From positions 992,001 to 1,056,000 of the forward strand of contig NC_087246.1 in the NCBI RefSeq assembly GCF_037042905.1: DNA of 64,000 nucleotides, written 5' to 3'. Under the pieces are notes generated by a model. The model had not been told where the DNA came from, did not search any database, and saw only the letters and a list, made by a program, of their open reading frames with translations. Shown here piece after piece: positions 26,894-40,297 of this stretch. How positions within the stretch are numbered: position 1 is the first letter of the stretch; each line of letters begins with the position of its first letter. This DNA comes from Lytechinus pictus. Taxonomy: Eukaryota. The position numbers were made by a program, and so were the translations under genes.

Positions 26894-27622
26894 TATAGAT
26901 GATAATGGCTTTTATTCATGGTATCATTTTATAATTGAGATAAATTTAAAGTATACCTCAAAGTCAAACCAAACGAGAAAAAGCATGCATCATGTAATGG
27001 TAAACCATATAAGTGGTCAATGTAAGGAGACAAATCATAAACATAACTAGATGAATCCACATGTATATCACCAGACAAATAATAATTAATTTGATTGTAT
27101 GGCTTTGGTTTGCACTACCATTAATTCCATTCAATTATAAAGATTTGATTTTTCCTTCTTTATTTTTCTTTCAGAGATTTTAGAAGAGACCCATCTTTCT
27201 CATTGGAACATTATCTACATGCCTATGAAAAGCCAATTCAGTAAATTATACTGAAGGAAACATTTTGTAAAAAAAAAAAAATTCTGTGTGTGGAGCAAAA
27301 GCATAAAATCCCTTGTGATCACCACATTTAATATCTGGTTTAGCAACAGTAAAATTGACATTTTATTTACAGGAATCTTATAACTTAGCATGAACCAATC
27401 CTATTTCTGTGCAATTATTATACCATATTGAATTTGTAACAGAGAATTGTGAATACATCTAAATTGACACTAATTTGACTAAAAGCAAATCAAGCCAATT
27501 ACTGATTTAAAAAAGAATTCTTACAGGCATAATCTATTGCTACTAATTCAGAACAGCAATACATTGGTCGTATTGAGCGACCATAAAGAGAAACAACCCC
27601 AGAGGAAAGAAGATACTCTTAC

Positions 27623-27734
27623 CAATTGATAAAGGAACTCTTTCCTGCTGAGTGATTACCAATTAGAAGGACATTGATCTTCTTCCGTGGTGCTAGCAGT
27701 CTCAGACCAAGCTTCTTGCTGATTGTATTTAGTC
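27623..27734 (-). CDS. NTPase exon E1 (first identified): (G)LNTISKKLGLRLLAPRKKINVLLIGNHSAGKSSFIN(W), Walker A/G1
   Basis: Acceptor ttttgtgcag, donor gtaaga. Carries the GxxxxGKS P-loop. Starts in phase 1, so an upstream exon ending in G is required. Confidence 0.95.
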
Positions 27735-28954
27735 CTGCACAAAAGACAAGAAAATAAAAAAGAACATTACTTTCAATATCAACTAAGAAGATGATAAACC
27801 GGAAAGCTCTTATTTTCTACCACTCAGATGGTTACAAAGTGCTCTTACCATGACTGCTGGTTTCATAAAATATAAGTAGAAATCATATGCAAGAAAACTT
27901 ATCCAGATAACATTCCATCTTTATAACAGATATTACTTGATTCAGTTGCCTACGATGAATTCTCCTTCTGTTCTTTTACAAGCTTGGTCCATGATGTTTC
28001 CTGTGGACAGTGATTCCTCTCGTATAGAACAAACTCAAACCCATACCATTCATGCAGAGAAGTCTAACCTCCCACTTTCCTGATTCATGTATGCTGCATT
28101 AATGTTACATACATGGTAATGACTCCATGGTTTGTCACTGGTCCAAGCTGATCAATACACCCAGTCTCACCAACATAACCGACAGATAGTATGTCATTGG
28201 AGATAAAGGTAATACCTTTGGTTGGTCTGGAGTCAGTATCACCAGTGTGACTATGGCTTTACCCTTGCATAGTCTGTTTGTAGCAGTGGTATTCTTTAGA
28301 CCTGTTATCAACCCAACACCCTCAATAATAGAAAAAAAAACTCCTGACAATTGCCCTAGCCAGGCTAGCTCGGGTATCATCAAGGTTAAGTATGAAGATT
28401 GATTGAAGACAAACAATTGTCTTTGATCTGGATGATGAAAGGATTAACAAGAATGTATTTCTTCATCTGTGGTTGACCACAATCATCATCCATGGCTACC
28501 AAGGTTTGTTTCTTCTCTTGTCAATCATCCAACTTAAGGCACAGTCTCACTTAACCTTCTTGGGGCTACAGATGAGAAAAGCTGTTGTCAAATGCAGTAG
28601 TTCAAATGATGGTTTCACCTTTTCTCTGTTGAGAACACTTATTGTAAACCACAGAGAGCTAGATTTCAGATGGAAATTTCCCTAAAAATGGGGATTCGGG
28701 GGGGGGGGGATCTACCATATCACAATACAAACTAATTTACTGTCTACATATCTGATTTCCAGCATGAGTATGAAAGCCTGTGAATAAGACTCATGGCCAA
28801 GTAGACCTTTACTGTTGGTCTTTTGCTCATTAAAATTCAGCAGAAGCACTAGGCCTAGTCCAGTGCACCACATGTTTGGTCGACCATGTGCATTACTACA
28901 AAACATCCATTCTGCCTTCTATAACTCAACTTTAAAAAAATCCTTCTTGATTCT

Positions 28955-29176
28955 GGGGGCTTTTTTTATAAAGCTGTTTGTAAGTTAAGAGCGACTTTAA
29001 GAATGACTGGTGATCCTTTCTTATGCGCTAAACCATTGCTAATGAACATTTTGGTATAAACCATTTACAACAAGAGATGATCACCAGTCGTTCTTAAAAC
29101 CATTTACAACAAGAGATGATCACCAGTCGTTCTTAAAGTCGCTCCTAACTTACGAACAGCTTTATGAAACACCCAC
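28955..29176. mobile_element. Palindromic MITE (Harbinger-like), copy 1, with an internal ~39-bp tandem duplication
   Basis: Long inverted arms ATAAAGCTGTTTGTAAGTTAAGAGCGACTTTAAGAATGACTGGTGATC / GATCACCAGTCGTTCTTAAAGTCGCTCCTAACTTACGAACAGCTTTAT. Homologous to 49874-50056. Confidence 0.85.
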
Positions 29177-30631
29177 CTGGTATGATAATACAACAATACA
29201 GAGTAAAGGAAAACAAAGTCTGTACCAAAAAATCATAGTCTACAAGTACAAATGTCCAAACCAATGATTAGTGAACATTACTTGTAGTGTCTCTGTGATG
29301 AAGTGACCTTTAAAAGGTGCGTGCAGTACAGTGGCATAGAATTCACATACTATAACTGAGAAATCATTCTTGAGCAACTGGGAGTAATTCAAGCCATGTC
29401 CGCAACAAAGTAAGACCCAATGATATCAATTTCAAACTCAGATATCAATATATTCAAAGGAAAATACATCCAAAGAGATGACAGAAACCCACATCCCTCC
29501 TACCTGAAACGGTTCTAATATAAACAATATTCTTAACATTCAGAATTAACAAATAAAAAGTTTTTTCTTGGAAAGAAATAGGCCTAGTGTAATCGCTTTT
29601 GCTTTCGTGAATCATTCTGCTTTAGTTTAGAAGTACACTTCCACAACTTGAAATTAGTGGCAAAGTATTCTACAAAAATGTTGGCCCAGCCTACAACCTT
29701 GTGCAAGCAAGGTATCCCATTCTGGAATATAGTGGACATGTCATGTTCTTGCCGATTTGAAAAATCTTGACTACACGGCAGTGTAATGCAGCTGCAGCAT
29801 TTTGAGAGAATACATGCTTTCCACAGCAACCATGACAAAATGGCTCCTACATACATAGCCTCCTATACAAACGTACACGCACAAACCTTGCGAGCTACAC
29901 ACGTGGAAAAGATCTACTCCAGTTTCAACTCACTCCTGCTGCCTTTCTCACTAACAATTAGAATTGACCTCATTCGGGTGAACCTCAGGTCAACAAGATG
30001 ATGACGCAGATGGAAGAGAGAGAGAGAGAGAGGGGGGGGGGAGGCACAATAGTGAGTGTACATCGTAGTCAGGTCAAGGACTTTTCTTCTTGGGTTATTT
30101 TGTGTTATTTTGCTCTAAAAAATGGGGCAAGTAACTAACCGCTATACTTCCCCCTCTCTCTCTCTTCATCAAAAAAAGGAACCAACTTTCTCAGTTCTAT
30201 ATAATGACTCATTAATCACTGAGGTGGGTTTGTTCTTTCACGGTTTGAGTTCTTGCCAAAAAATTCTTCTGCGAACTTGACCCCAATTCTGAGAAGGTTG
30301 TGTTAGCAAACAAATGCCATAATTCATGCCAGTATGGAAAAGTGAATTGGGGCACAAATTTATTATTGTGGATATTACTGGAAGAGCCTTAGGTAAGAAA
30401 ACATAGGAAAAGATTGGATAATTTGGTACAACAATAAATTTTTGGAGGTAAAACATCTGAAATATTGTCTCACTAGATTATGAATTGAATTTTGCACTAT
30501 ATCACTACATATGTTGATGTTACCATGCAATTCTTTTCCCAAAAAAGTTTGACCCCTCTAACATTTGACTAAAAGACTGTCAATATTCTAATAAGTATGG
30601 CCTTTTTATACCGAAGAGACCTGTGGCAGCT

Positions 30632-30806
30632 GCAAAGAAACGTTGTTAGCCTAACAGAGCACTAACAGTAAGCCCAGTCACATCATTCGGATTGTGAAGT
30701 CAACGTTTATTTCAATGTGTATTGTTGTAACATTATCACTGCCACATTACCGGTTGTAACAGGTCATTTGTTAGCGCACTGTTAACACTAACAACGTTTC
30801 TGTGTG
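30632..30806. mobile_element. Short palindromic MITE-like element
   Basis: AGAAACGTTGTTAGCCTAACAGAGCACTAACA vs TGTTAGCGCACTGTTAACACTAACAACGTTTCT. Confidence 0.6.
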
Positions 30807-33800
30807 GTCAGTACTGATCTTTAAGCTGGCTGTTGTGCAATTTTACCATAGACAAACCCTGCAAACAACTCATGGCATTGACATACAATGTAAATGGCAA
30901 GTTTTGTACAGGTGGATCCAAGTGTGTATTTGGTCTTACAAATATCCATAGATATTTCTAAATAGGTTTGGCTATGTAAACAATCCTATTTCCTTTCATT
31001 CATCTTCATATAACCATATATCTAACGTAAAGGTGAATATAAATTACTTTTGTACTCTAGTTCACCCAATGATGTTAATATGCCGGATCTTCCAATTCTA
31101 ATTTCTTGTTGATTACTACTAGTATAAAAGGAGAGTTTTAAAGATAAAATGAATGATCCAGTAGAATAGTTTCCGACCTTTATTAACCTGGATCGGAAGG
31201 AGGAAAATAGAAGAAACATATAGCGAAGCCTAGAGGCCATTGACATAGCGCATGCCTGAACGTAAGCGACACCGGCGCTGTTGAACTCCAGCGCAGCGCA
31301 CACACATACACCCACCAGTGAGGCAAGAGCACAATGGGACAATGGAAAGGCTTTGCAATGAAGAGTAACATTCACAGAGGATCAATGACATCATGAATCT
31401 ATTCAAGGGCAATGACTTTCTGAACTTGCATGACACCTGGCATTAAAGAACACAATATCCATCTGGTATTTAGAGCAAAGACCTTTTAATTGACATGAAG
31501 AGACATTTCATGATTCCTTGATCTGACTGAAAAGGCAGGGATTGAAGATAATGACGCGCTGTTTGCTGTGGAGAGAGATTTGAAAAGATGAGAGAATAAT
31601 TACATTACGTCTCTTTGACATTTCCCAATATGTTTAGAGCTTAGGGAATCAATTGGTGTGGTGCGTATGATTTGAATAACATGAATGTGAGGAGTCGTTA
31701 AACTCTATTCACGTTCATAAACGAGTCCTAGCATCTATGTTGGATAGCTTAAGGGGTGACAAGTAGGCTAGTGACAAGACAACCCTAGCTGCCTCACTGA
31801 TATGCAATACTTGTAATGATTGAAGAGCAGTGTCAAATTACTTAATGAAAAATTGTTAAATTCAAGCAAAACGGAGCAGCACTGCCGTTTTGTGAAATTT
31901 CAAAAGAAAAGCAAGAAAAATATTGATTGAACATTAGACGAAAATCACTGCCAACATGTGCATTCGTTTGGATAATATTGTGGACTCTAATTCATCCCCT
32001 TTAATTTAATGTAATTTCAAGCTCTTGTGTCTTTCAACACTAAAACACATATAAAAACTTTATCTTTAAAAATATAGCATTGATTACTTCTTGCAGCGCC
32101 CCTTGAATAGTTCCACAGCCAACCAATAGGCCACCGACCATCGTTTGAGAAGCGATATTATATGTAATCAGTAAAATCAATATTAAATATTGTATAGCCA
32201 GTGTAAGGAACATATTTCCTGCTGGTATTACCATCAATCACAATCAAATGAAGTTTTGCCTTGTATTTGATCTCGCGCCACATCATGTAGACAAAGGAAT
32301 GACCAACACAAAAGAAACCATGGAACAAACAAATAGTGAATTTCACTGAAAACTGTTATAATCTACTGACATTTTTGTGTTTGATTGGCTCAAAGCCAAA
32401 CTTGTTAGTGAAAATCAGAGACAAGATGCTTCTGGTAACACTGCCCAGATCTTTACTCATCAAACAAGTGCCCTTGTGATTTCAAGAAGAATGTTGGTTG
32501 CTTTGCTACAGTACAGGAGTTTCATAGAAGAAAACTACAAAATGATAAGTGCATGTAGCTACATGTATGTATTGATCAGGTAAACTGAAAGATTTGAAAA
32601 AAATAACATTTCAACATGATTTGCAAAATGCATTACTTGGAATAAAAACATACAACAGATTAAATATTTACTGTCGCCAGGCAGAATTTCCCTGTGCAAC
32701 TGAATACCAGTGAAAATAATTCCTGTATAGTTTCATGGAAATGGATTTCTTTTGATGAGAATAAAATACCAATAGAAAGGGAGTAGATTAGAAGTCTGTC
32801 CAAATCAATATATTCGGGCAAAAAGAAAGATTTCTTGGAAATTATAAAAACCACTAAATAAAAAAATATCTGTAAAGTGCAGACTGGAATATAGAAATCT
32901 ATAGGAAGACAACTTGCAGATGACTGATAAATTCCAGTGAATGGCATCCATCATAGAACTAAACTAATCATTATGTTAAAGGCTCATTCACAGAATTAGC
33001 TTTGTAGGGTAAGTAGAGTAAGGTCCCTTTTTAAAAGAAAACATTGTAGAGATGGCTAGGTATATCTTTAAAAAATCGATATTCAAGTTACTAAAATAAT
33101 CAATGCATGAAAAAAAAGAAGATTCACCAGTCACTACACTTTATATTAGAATTTGAGATCCTCAAGAACAATTCAAATTTATAAATGCTTTACCAAAGCT
33201 TTAGATGGGCTTTATAAGTAAAATCATATACATGTACACGATTAAAAAAAAAAGATATTAGACCTTGGATGTAGGCATATAAAGTTAATAACTTATTGCC
33301 TCTCAATGACTTCTCATGAAGAATTCCAAACACTTTTAATGGCGCTGTACAGCATTTGAACATGGACAGGCAAAACTTTCATTATATATTCAAAGAAAAA
33401 TTCCATTAACTGATAGATGACAAAAGATGAAATATGACAAATATGCTAATGCCCTTTTCCTGCCCCTATAGAGTACTAAGTCAATCGTGTGTGCCAAGGT
33501 GAATTTTATTGTTGGCTTTCAGTAGAACAGGAAATCAAATCGTATTTCCTTTGTACTTATATCTAAATGGGCATGTGAAGAATATGTCATAAGCTGAGTT
33601 TTCCTTAAATTTTAGATTATTTCTTTTGATAATTACACAAGGAATACAGCTCAAAGAGAAAAGAAATATCTGAGAATGGGTTAAAGGAAAGCACAATGGT
33701 AATTAAGATTTAAAATCAGATTAAAAAGAAATGATGAATATCTTTTAAGTGTCAAAGGTAAGTAAAAAACAAACCTACAGCATCGTACAGCATTTGTATA

Positions 33801-33999
33801 ATCCATTATGCTTTATTTATCAAATCAAGTATACATGCCTGATGAAATTCATTCAGATAAAATCAATTCTGTTAATACTTGGCATAAAATGGTCAAAATA
33901 AATATTCATACCCTATCTTTGACGCATGCTGTCCAGCTCCTATAATAACAAGTATATCCAGTAAAGATCAGATTCCTTCCATCATTATAAAAATACATA

Positions 34000-34600
34000 A
34001 GCCTATATATATGAACGGTGTGATGGAAACAGCCCATTCCTAAAAGTGCAAAGGCCATTGGAAATGCAAGTCACTATGCCGAGTGCAAACGGACGATTAA
34101 CACTTTCTTGTAGCCATCCAACATGACCCGACCTACAAACGCTACACTATCAAAGAGAACATAAATGCAGAAATATCAAATGAGATTGAATCTAGATACA
34201 TACCGATGTAAGTCAGAGCAATCACTGCATTATACCACCACTAAAATATGAAAAGTCAAGTTCAATGGACACAAATTTGAAAGGTTTTCTGGCAGCAATA
34301 GTTGACCCCCATGTGCCGCAAATCACGCGAGTTGGGCTTATGCCAAGAAACCTTTGGTCAGCGTTAGCCTGCATTATCCCTCCACACGTCATACCATTCA
34401 TCAGGATTGAAGAAAAAAATAGACGGGGCTCCAATGGGGTGACAGTGAAGGGCAACAGTGGTATATACCAATCACTATAACTAAAATATATGAAAAAACT
34501 GATGGTGCCCAAAGCCTACGGACTCCCTTTGCTCAAACCTCACGATGCCATTGGCAGTTACAAGGGCGGATAACCTTTGAAGAACTGTGTGCACTGTGCT
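34000..34600 (+). mobile_element. Highly decayed non-LTR (CR1/L2-like) reverse transcriptase relic
   Basis: Ordered faint motifs: PIPK, MDTNLKGFLAAIVDPHVP (~LD..AFD.VPH), NRR...VTVKGNS (~NR.Q.V.V.G..S), and ggtgcccaaagcc..ctccctttgctc (~GVPQGS.L.PLLF). Confidence 0.45.
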
Positions 34601-35753
34601 GTAGTAGTGTAGGTATACTCTGCAGTGCTACACATACAAAAGACACATACCTGGCTGAATGGTACTGAAGGATGTTAGCTATACAAGCATCCTGTTTGTT
34701 ATTTCTTTATTTTTCAGTCGTACAGGAATTTACCTCCATGGCATGCACATCATTATACTTTCCGAGAGTAGGTCATATTAAAAGCAGTAAAAGTTTCTAA
34801 AGCTGATTCAATTTTGAATTGGGATGAAAGTGGAAGAATTCATTGTGCAGAATTATTCTTTCCCAGTAGGCGAGAGGCATGCATGAATTAGGGGGTGAAC
34901 TGTAGTACTGTACATGTGTGAAGGTTGCTTCCTAATCACTTTTGAGTAGTTCACATCGATGGATTTTATCTTCTACTTTAATAGACTCCCCTTCAAATAA
35001 CTTCTTTTGATACCATAATATCAAATTGCTTCCCCCCCCCAAAGAAAAATGAAGGAATCAATCAAAATTTTGCATTTAAGAAAAAATTACTTACATGTAT
35101 ACCCTCTCCCCTGTCCCCCCCCCCCCCCCCCAAAAAAAAAAATAATAATTTTGCTCCGCTAGTACTAATTAAACCTGAAAAATATTTAATCCTCCAAAGA
35201 TTCAGAATAACTGGAATTATTTCAAGCAGGTGGTATATTGTAATATATTGATTTATCCGTCATTGGCAGAAACCAGTTGTCCTTTTAACCCTTAGTGTAC
35301 ATGAAGGATACTATTTTGATAGGCTTACTCAACTCAAGACAGGTACATATCCAGAATTTTTTAAAATCTAAATTATATCCACATCAAACCAAATTGTTAT
35401 CCCCAGTTTGGTTGACCGTTTCTCGTTTCATGTTCAACTATTTTTTATGATGATACCTCCATGGAATATATACACTCACCATTTGAGTCCATTTTCACAA
35501 GCCGATTCTATACTACATGTGATTAGACCTACAAATTTAGGTAGATCTACAAGCATTATGAAGCTTCTATGTATGGAGCCATGGTAATGGTAGGCACGGG
35601 TGGTCAATATGAAAGAAATATTATAATGCATTCTTTTATCCTTCAAATTACAATTATCCTTTAAAAAATCCATCATGGCAAATGGGAACATTAACATCAG
35701 TGCATAATGTAACCTTCCTCTTTCCCTTTTGTCAATGAGGAATGCATACTGCA

Positions 35754-36824
35754 CAACCAAAAAATTACTTTTTTTCTTTCCAGGGCTCTTTTTGGAGAAA
35801 CTTAAAAATTTTCCAGGGCTACTTTTTCATTTTCCAGGGCTCTTTTTCCACTTTCCAGGGCTACAATTTCTGGAGCTATTTCGCGGCTTTTTTGCGTTTG
35901 TGTGTGTGTGTGTGTGTGGGGGTGTGTGTGTGTGTGTGTGCCACATTGAAGGGATGCTGGTCAGCAGTGCAGGGCTGCTCTGCTGCAGGCTCTGCTTTAA
36001 CAAGATGTACTGTACATGCGGTGCGTTCAACGCTAGCGGGCGTGTATATTTTGCTTATTACATGACGTCATCCAGCCACTGCCGAGAGCCAATTTATGAA
36101 TGAAAATATAGTAAGCATGCGCAGTGCAAGCCTTCCATAGCCCCACACAGTATTCCACCAAAACAAGTGTGCAATACTCTATCACCTCGTACCAAAATCG
36201 ACCTAGAATTTCACTTTCCTATAATTTATATGAATTATGAAAGGTATTCTCGGAGGATCTATTTTCTCACCGATACCGAACAGGTAAGCGAATTTCGATT
36301 ACTTCTTGATTTTCGGTCAAAATCTTACGAATTAGCGTTGATATAGCATCGTGTTCGTTGGAGTCTGTAGAGTCTATCGCAACGTGTACAAAGTCAATTG
36401 ATTTCCGGGTTTCGGAGCGTCGCGTGAATATGCATGAAATTGCCGAGTCTCGATAATTTTCGATCGATACTGGAGCGATCCGATCACGAACCAAGACCAT
36501 TTCCCGCGTAGACAATGTGACCGGATATCGTTATCGCTATCGATACTTTCGCACGCAGTCCGAAGGAATTATTTTGGCGACCAGGTAGTCATGACGTGAT
36601 CTGCGCGATTGGCCAATCAGCGGTCTCCGATTCGCTGAGCCGAGACGGTCTATTCGTTGTACACAGTCTATGGACAATTTGCCACTGTGAAATATACAGT
36701 GTTGACGGGGGCGATTATGAGTTTTGCAGTCGCCCTCGTGTGAATGTTTTTAGCCCTTTTCCGGGGCTCTTTTTGGACTTTCCGGGGCGAATTCGCCCGC
36801 CGCCCCCGTGTAATTTTTTGGTTG
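35754..36824. mobile_element. Non-autonomous hAT/P-like DNA transposon (1071 bp), 15-bp TIR, 8-bp TSD
   Basis: TIRs CAACCAAAAAATTAC / GTAATTTTTTGGTTG. Exact TSD ATACTGCA (35746-35753, 36825-36832). Subterminal TTTCC(A/G)GGGC repeats near both ends. Confidence 0.9.
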
Positions 36825-39800
36825 ATACTGCATACCTAGTTTAAATTTTTATGTAGCTACCATAACAACTATATAAAAATATGGTATATTTTTATAAGAA
36901 AACGGGACAATGACACGGCAAAAAGAGTATTCGACTACCCTTGTAAGTAGAACTAAAGGTGACTTTTCAAAGGTGCAATCTACCTGCATTGTTACAAAGT
37001 TGGTGTCATTTACATCCAAAAGAATGTGATACCAGTGAGTTGATAATACTAATACATGTAACAGTCATGGCATAAGGAAATTTTATGAAAATAGCATAAT
37101 AAATTGCATGTCAAAATCAAGAATCCATACACATATATTGACCAATTCCAAAAGGGAATAAAAATACATGATTACTCACTCGTAATATTGACTTGAAAAT
37201 TAAATGCAACATAATCTCCACGTAGAAGCAAATAAAGCTAAATATATCCCTTTTTGAGACACTGCATAGATAATACAAGCCCCACTGCTATCCATGTTAC
37301 GCTCAGCTGATGTAGTGAGAGAAGGTGACTGTTCCGGCTTCATGCAACCACCATTTGACGTCACAGTTTGGTCTGATATAAAGTGTGCCCACTCATTCAA
37401 TACGACACTGAGGCCTTCCATGCTTAGGGTCTACAGTTAAAAGAACTGTATAAAAAGTGCCAAGCCTTCAAATAATTCACTCCTGGGTGTATCCTGCAAA
37501 TATCTTTGAAATATTTCCAGAGAAATCTGGTGGCTGGGTCTAGAACTGTAGCATCTGCTCACTATTCTTTTTCCTGATAATACAATTCTTCTTGTTCCTT
37601 CAAGATGTTTTCCATGAATGAATTCCCCCTTTTCTATCTCTCGCTTGAGTGAAATTTTTCAAAGCACTTCAGATGCACAAACAGTCTGATCTTCTAGACT
37701 GCTCAGACAGACTTTGTTTTTCATTGTCTACATTCTTTTTTTCAAACATATCCTTGTCTGCTGTAATCAATGCCTTTCCATTATAACACAAATGCTCCAT
37801 CAAGGCAAATAAATTCACAAACAAGGGAATTTACAAACCTTGTGGAATTTTAGTGGAATGTTTCAATGAAAGGTGTAAAGTTATTGATAAACTTTTACTA
37901 AAAAGATATTTTGTGAAACTTAGTTGCATAATATTTAATTGATAGCATCTATAGGCCTGAGCTTAGTTTGAATTAAAATATGTCTACTCTAGAAGAATAT
38001 TATCCCCCATAAGATAATTATGTCTCTGGGACTGAAATGACAGACTAGATGCATGTTAATCACCTAGAACATAAAATGATGTCATACCATGGGTATCAGT
38101 TTGGAACAATAGGTCTGGACCTCTCATTGACCAAACCTACCCAATGCCTTGACAAACAAAGGATGGTCCTTTTTCAGTTCCTGCTTCTCATTTATTTAAA
38201 TAGGTGCTTTCACACCGGCCTAATTAAAAAAAAACTCTTTTCTGATCCTGAATGGAATTCCATCCAAATCCAAAAGAAGTATTGTAGTGAACGCAAAGGA
38301 TTAAGAACATCCCCTAACAAATCACCTACAAATTACAAAAGTAAATATTTTCAAAATAATAAATTCACAGGAATTTCTGTAACGTCCGCAGGGATATCAT
38401 CATAGTGGTAGCATGGTAAGTACACCCCTTTCTTCAAGAATTCACCATGTATAGTTCAAATTTGATGCAGCTCGGAATGTGTATTGGCAATAAAATTGTT
38501 TATTTTGGGGTCTGAACCAATTTGTCATAAGTAACAAGATATTTTACTCCTTGAGCAGGTGTGAAGACAATTTTGAGGATTTTTACTTTGAACCAAACAC
38601 ATTCAGGATAAATAGCTCTGCACAATTTCCATGATCCCTATACATGTAGATGTAGTCTTTAGTTGATACAGCACTGGGGTTTTAAGACGTCTCTTCTCGC
38701 ATCACTGATGAAAATCAATAATGCTTTAAGCATGTGACTATACCTATCATTCGTTCATAGAACTATCTACATTACACACATCGTATATGCTTCACAAATT
38801 CACAATTGAAACAATTATTTGCTGCATGGAATGACATTTGCACAGGTCAAACCATTGTATAATATAAGATTCAAAGCCAATTGCCACAAAAGACAGGATA
38901 TATAGGCTAAGCAATGTAGCAAATTTAGACTGGTGAGTTACAAAAAAAGTAGCCAGGATAAAAAAAAACCTTGAATATTAATTGAATAAAGTTAATACAA
39001 CATTTAATAATCCACCATAATTTAGGTTCATTCAAGATTACTTCTTTGTATGAATTTTCCATGCAAAAAGGTGTAAAAATAAGTATTCTGTATCATTAAT
39101 CATGATAGGTCTAGACTATAGGCTTTTATGTATCAATAATATGCATGATTTCTCTCTTGGCTCAAATAGGGCATTGTATGCACTATGCACCCATAGGCAA
39201 GATGCCCGTCAAAAGCGTACATTTACATTTCTTCTCATTGCTCATCAAGCCCCTTCGGTACCATGGTGGACGGATACTAATTATAATAGATGAATGAATA
39301 GATTGCACCAATAATAGTAGCTATCCTACAATCCCTTTACAATCGGAGAGCCTCTAATGCTCAGGAATATTATTTTGATTATAATCAACATTGTTTAGTC
39401 TATAAAAGGGCCCCCTAGGCTAATTGGGTAACCTTTATGGCAACATTTGCCAAAAGTAGACAATGAGTTAATACAAAAATTAATAAATTACATCTATGTT
39501 GAATTAATCAAATGTAGGGGAATCCAACCCAGTTGAAAAGGAGTTTTTCACGAATAAAGAAAGAAATTTGAACAAAATTGGAAGAAAAATAATATTGTTT
39601 CAAACAGAAAAAAGTAAAACGAAGGGCAAAAAAGGGTCAATGAATATTTCTTTTTTCATGATTTAGATGAACAAGTCAAGACAGACTGAAGAACTGTGGT
39701 TAAATTCACAGAATATGTACAAATTCGTAAATCTTTTCTTGGAATAAACAGTCTAAACCACATCTCAACCGAAATGAGCAACCTCAAAGTCTAAAGCCTC

Positions 39801-40297
39801 AAAGTTTAAAAGCCTAACATACAAAACGAAACCAGAATATACGGGTTGTATAAATCTCTTTCAACTTTTCACCCCTCAATAAAAGCCCTAGTTTTGAGGT
39901 ATTTTCCCTGTATTGAAGTAAATCACTTTCATTATGGGCCATGTCTGGGCCACAATTCCATGGAGAACTTTCGGTTAAAAACAGTGATATGAAAATAAAA
40001 TTAAATGCATGATTCACCATGTTAATAATGTTTGATTAAATCAGACACAGAAATTTGTCCTTTAAAACTTTAATAAATCTATTAATGCTTCTAATTTGTT
40101 CAGTGGAAATAACATCTTTATACAGCTTGAAATATTGTTCAATGTAGAACCAACCAGACCTATGTCTAAGCCTGGTACTAATACTGACAAAGGTGGTATA
40201 TGATATTACATGATAAAGGTGACAAAATAGATAACACTCATGATAAAGGCAATAATAGTGATTTAAACACTGATAATAATAAAAGGTATTGTATGAT

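Larger units (their letters stand above)
3838..27734 (-). other. Spliced gene model (11 coding exons, ~412 aa, 5' end incomplete): uncharacterised dynamin-superfamily/EHD-like P-loop NTPase with two C-terminal TM helices
   Basis: Eleven exons with canonical AG/GT ends join with matching phases (112+94+55+141+161+105+143+172+113+85+57 nt) into one ORF ending at TAA 3838-3840. Motifs: G1 GNHSAGKSS, G3 DTPG, G4 TKAD. Confidence 0.93.

Noticed and set aside
29776..29797. CGGCAGTGTAATGCAGCTG resembling miR-34
   Set aside because: Only about 10 nt match and there is no complementary arm to form a hairpin.
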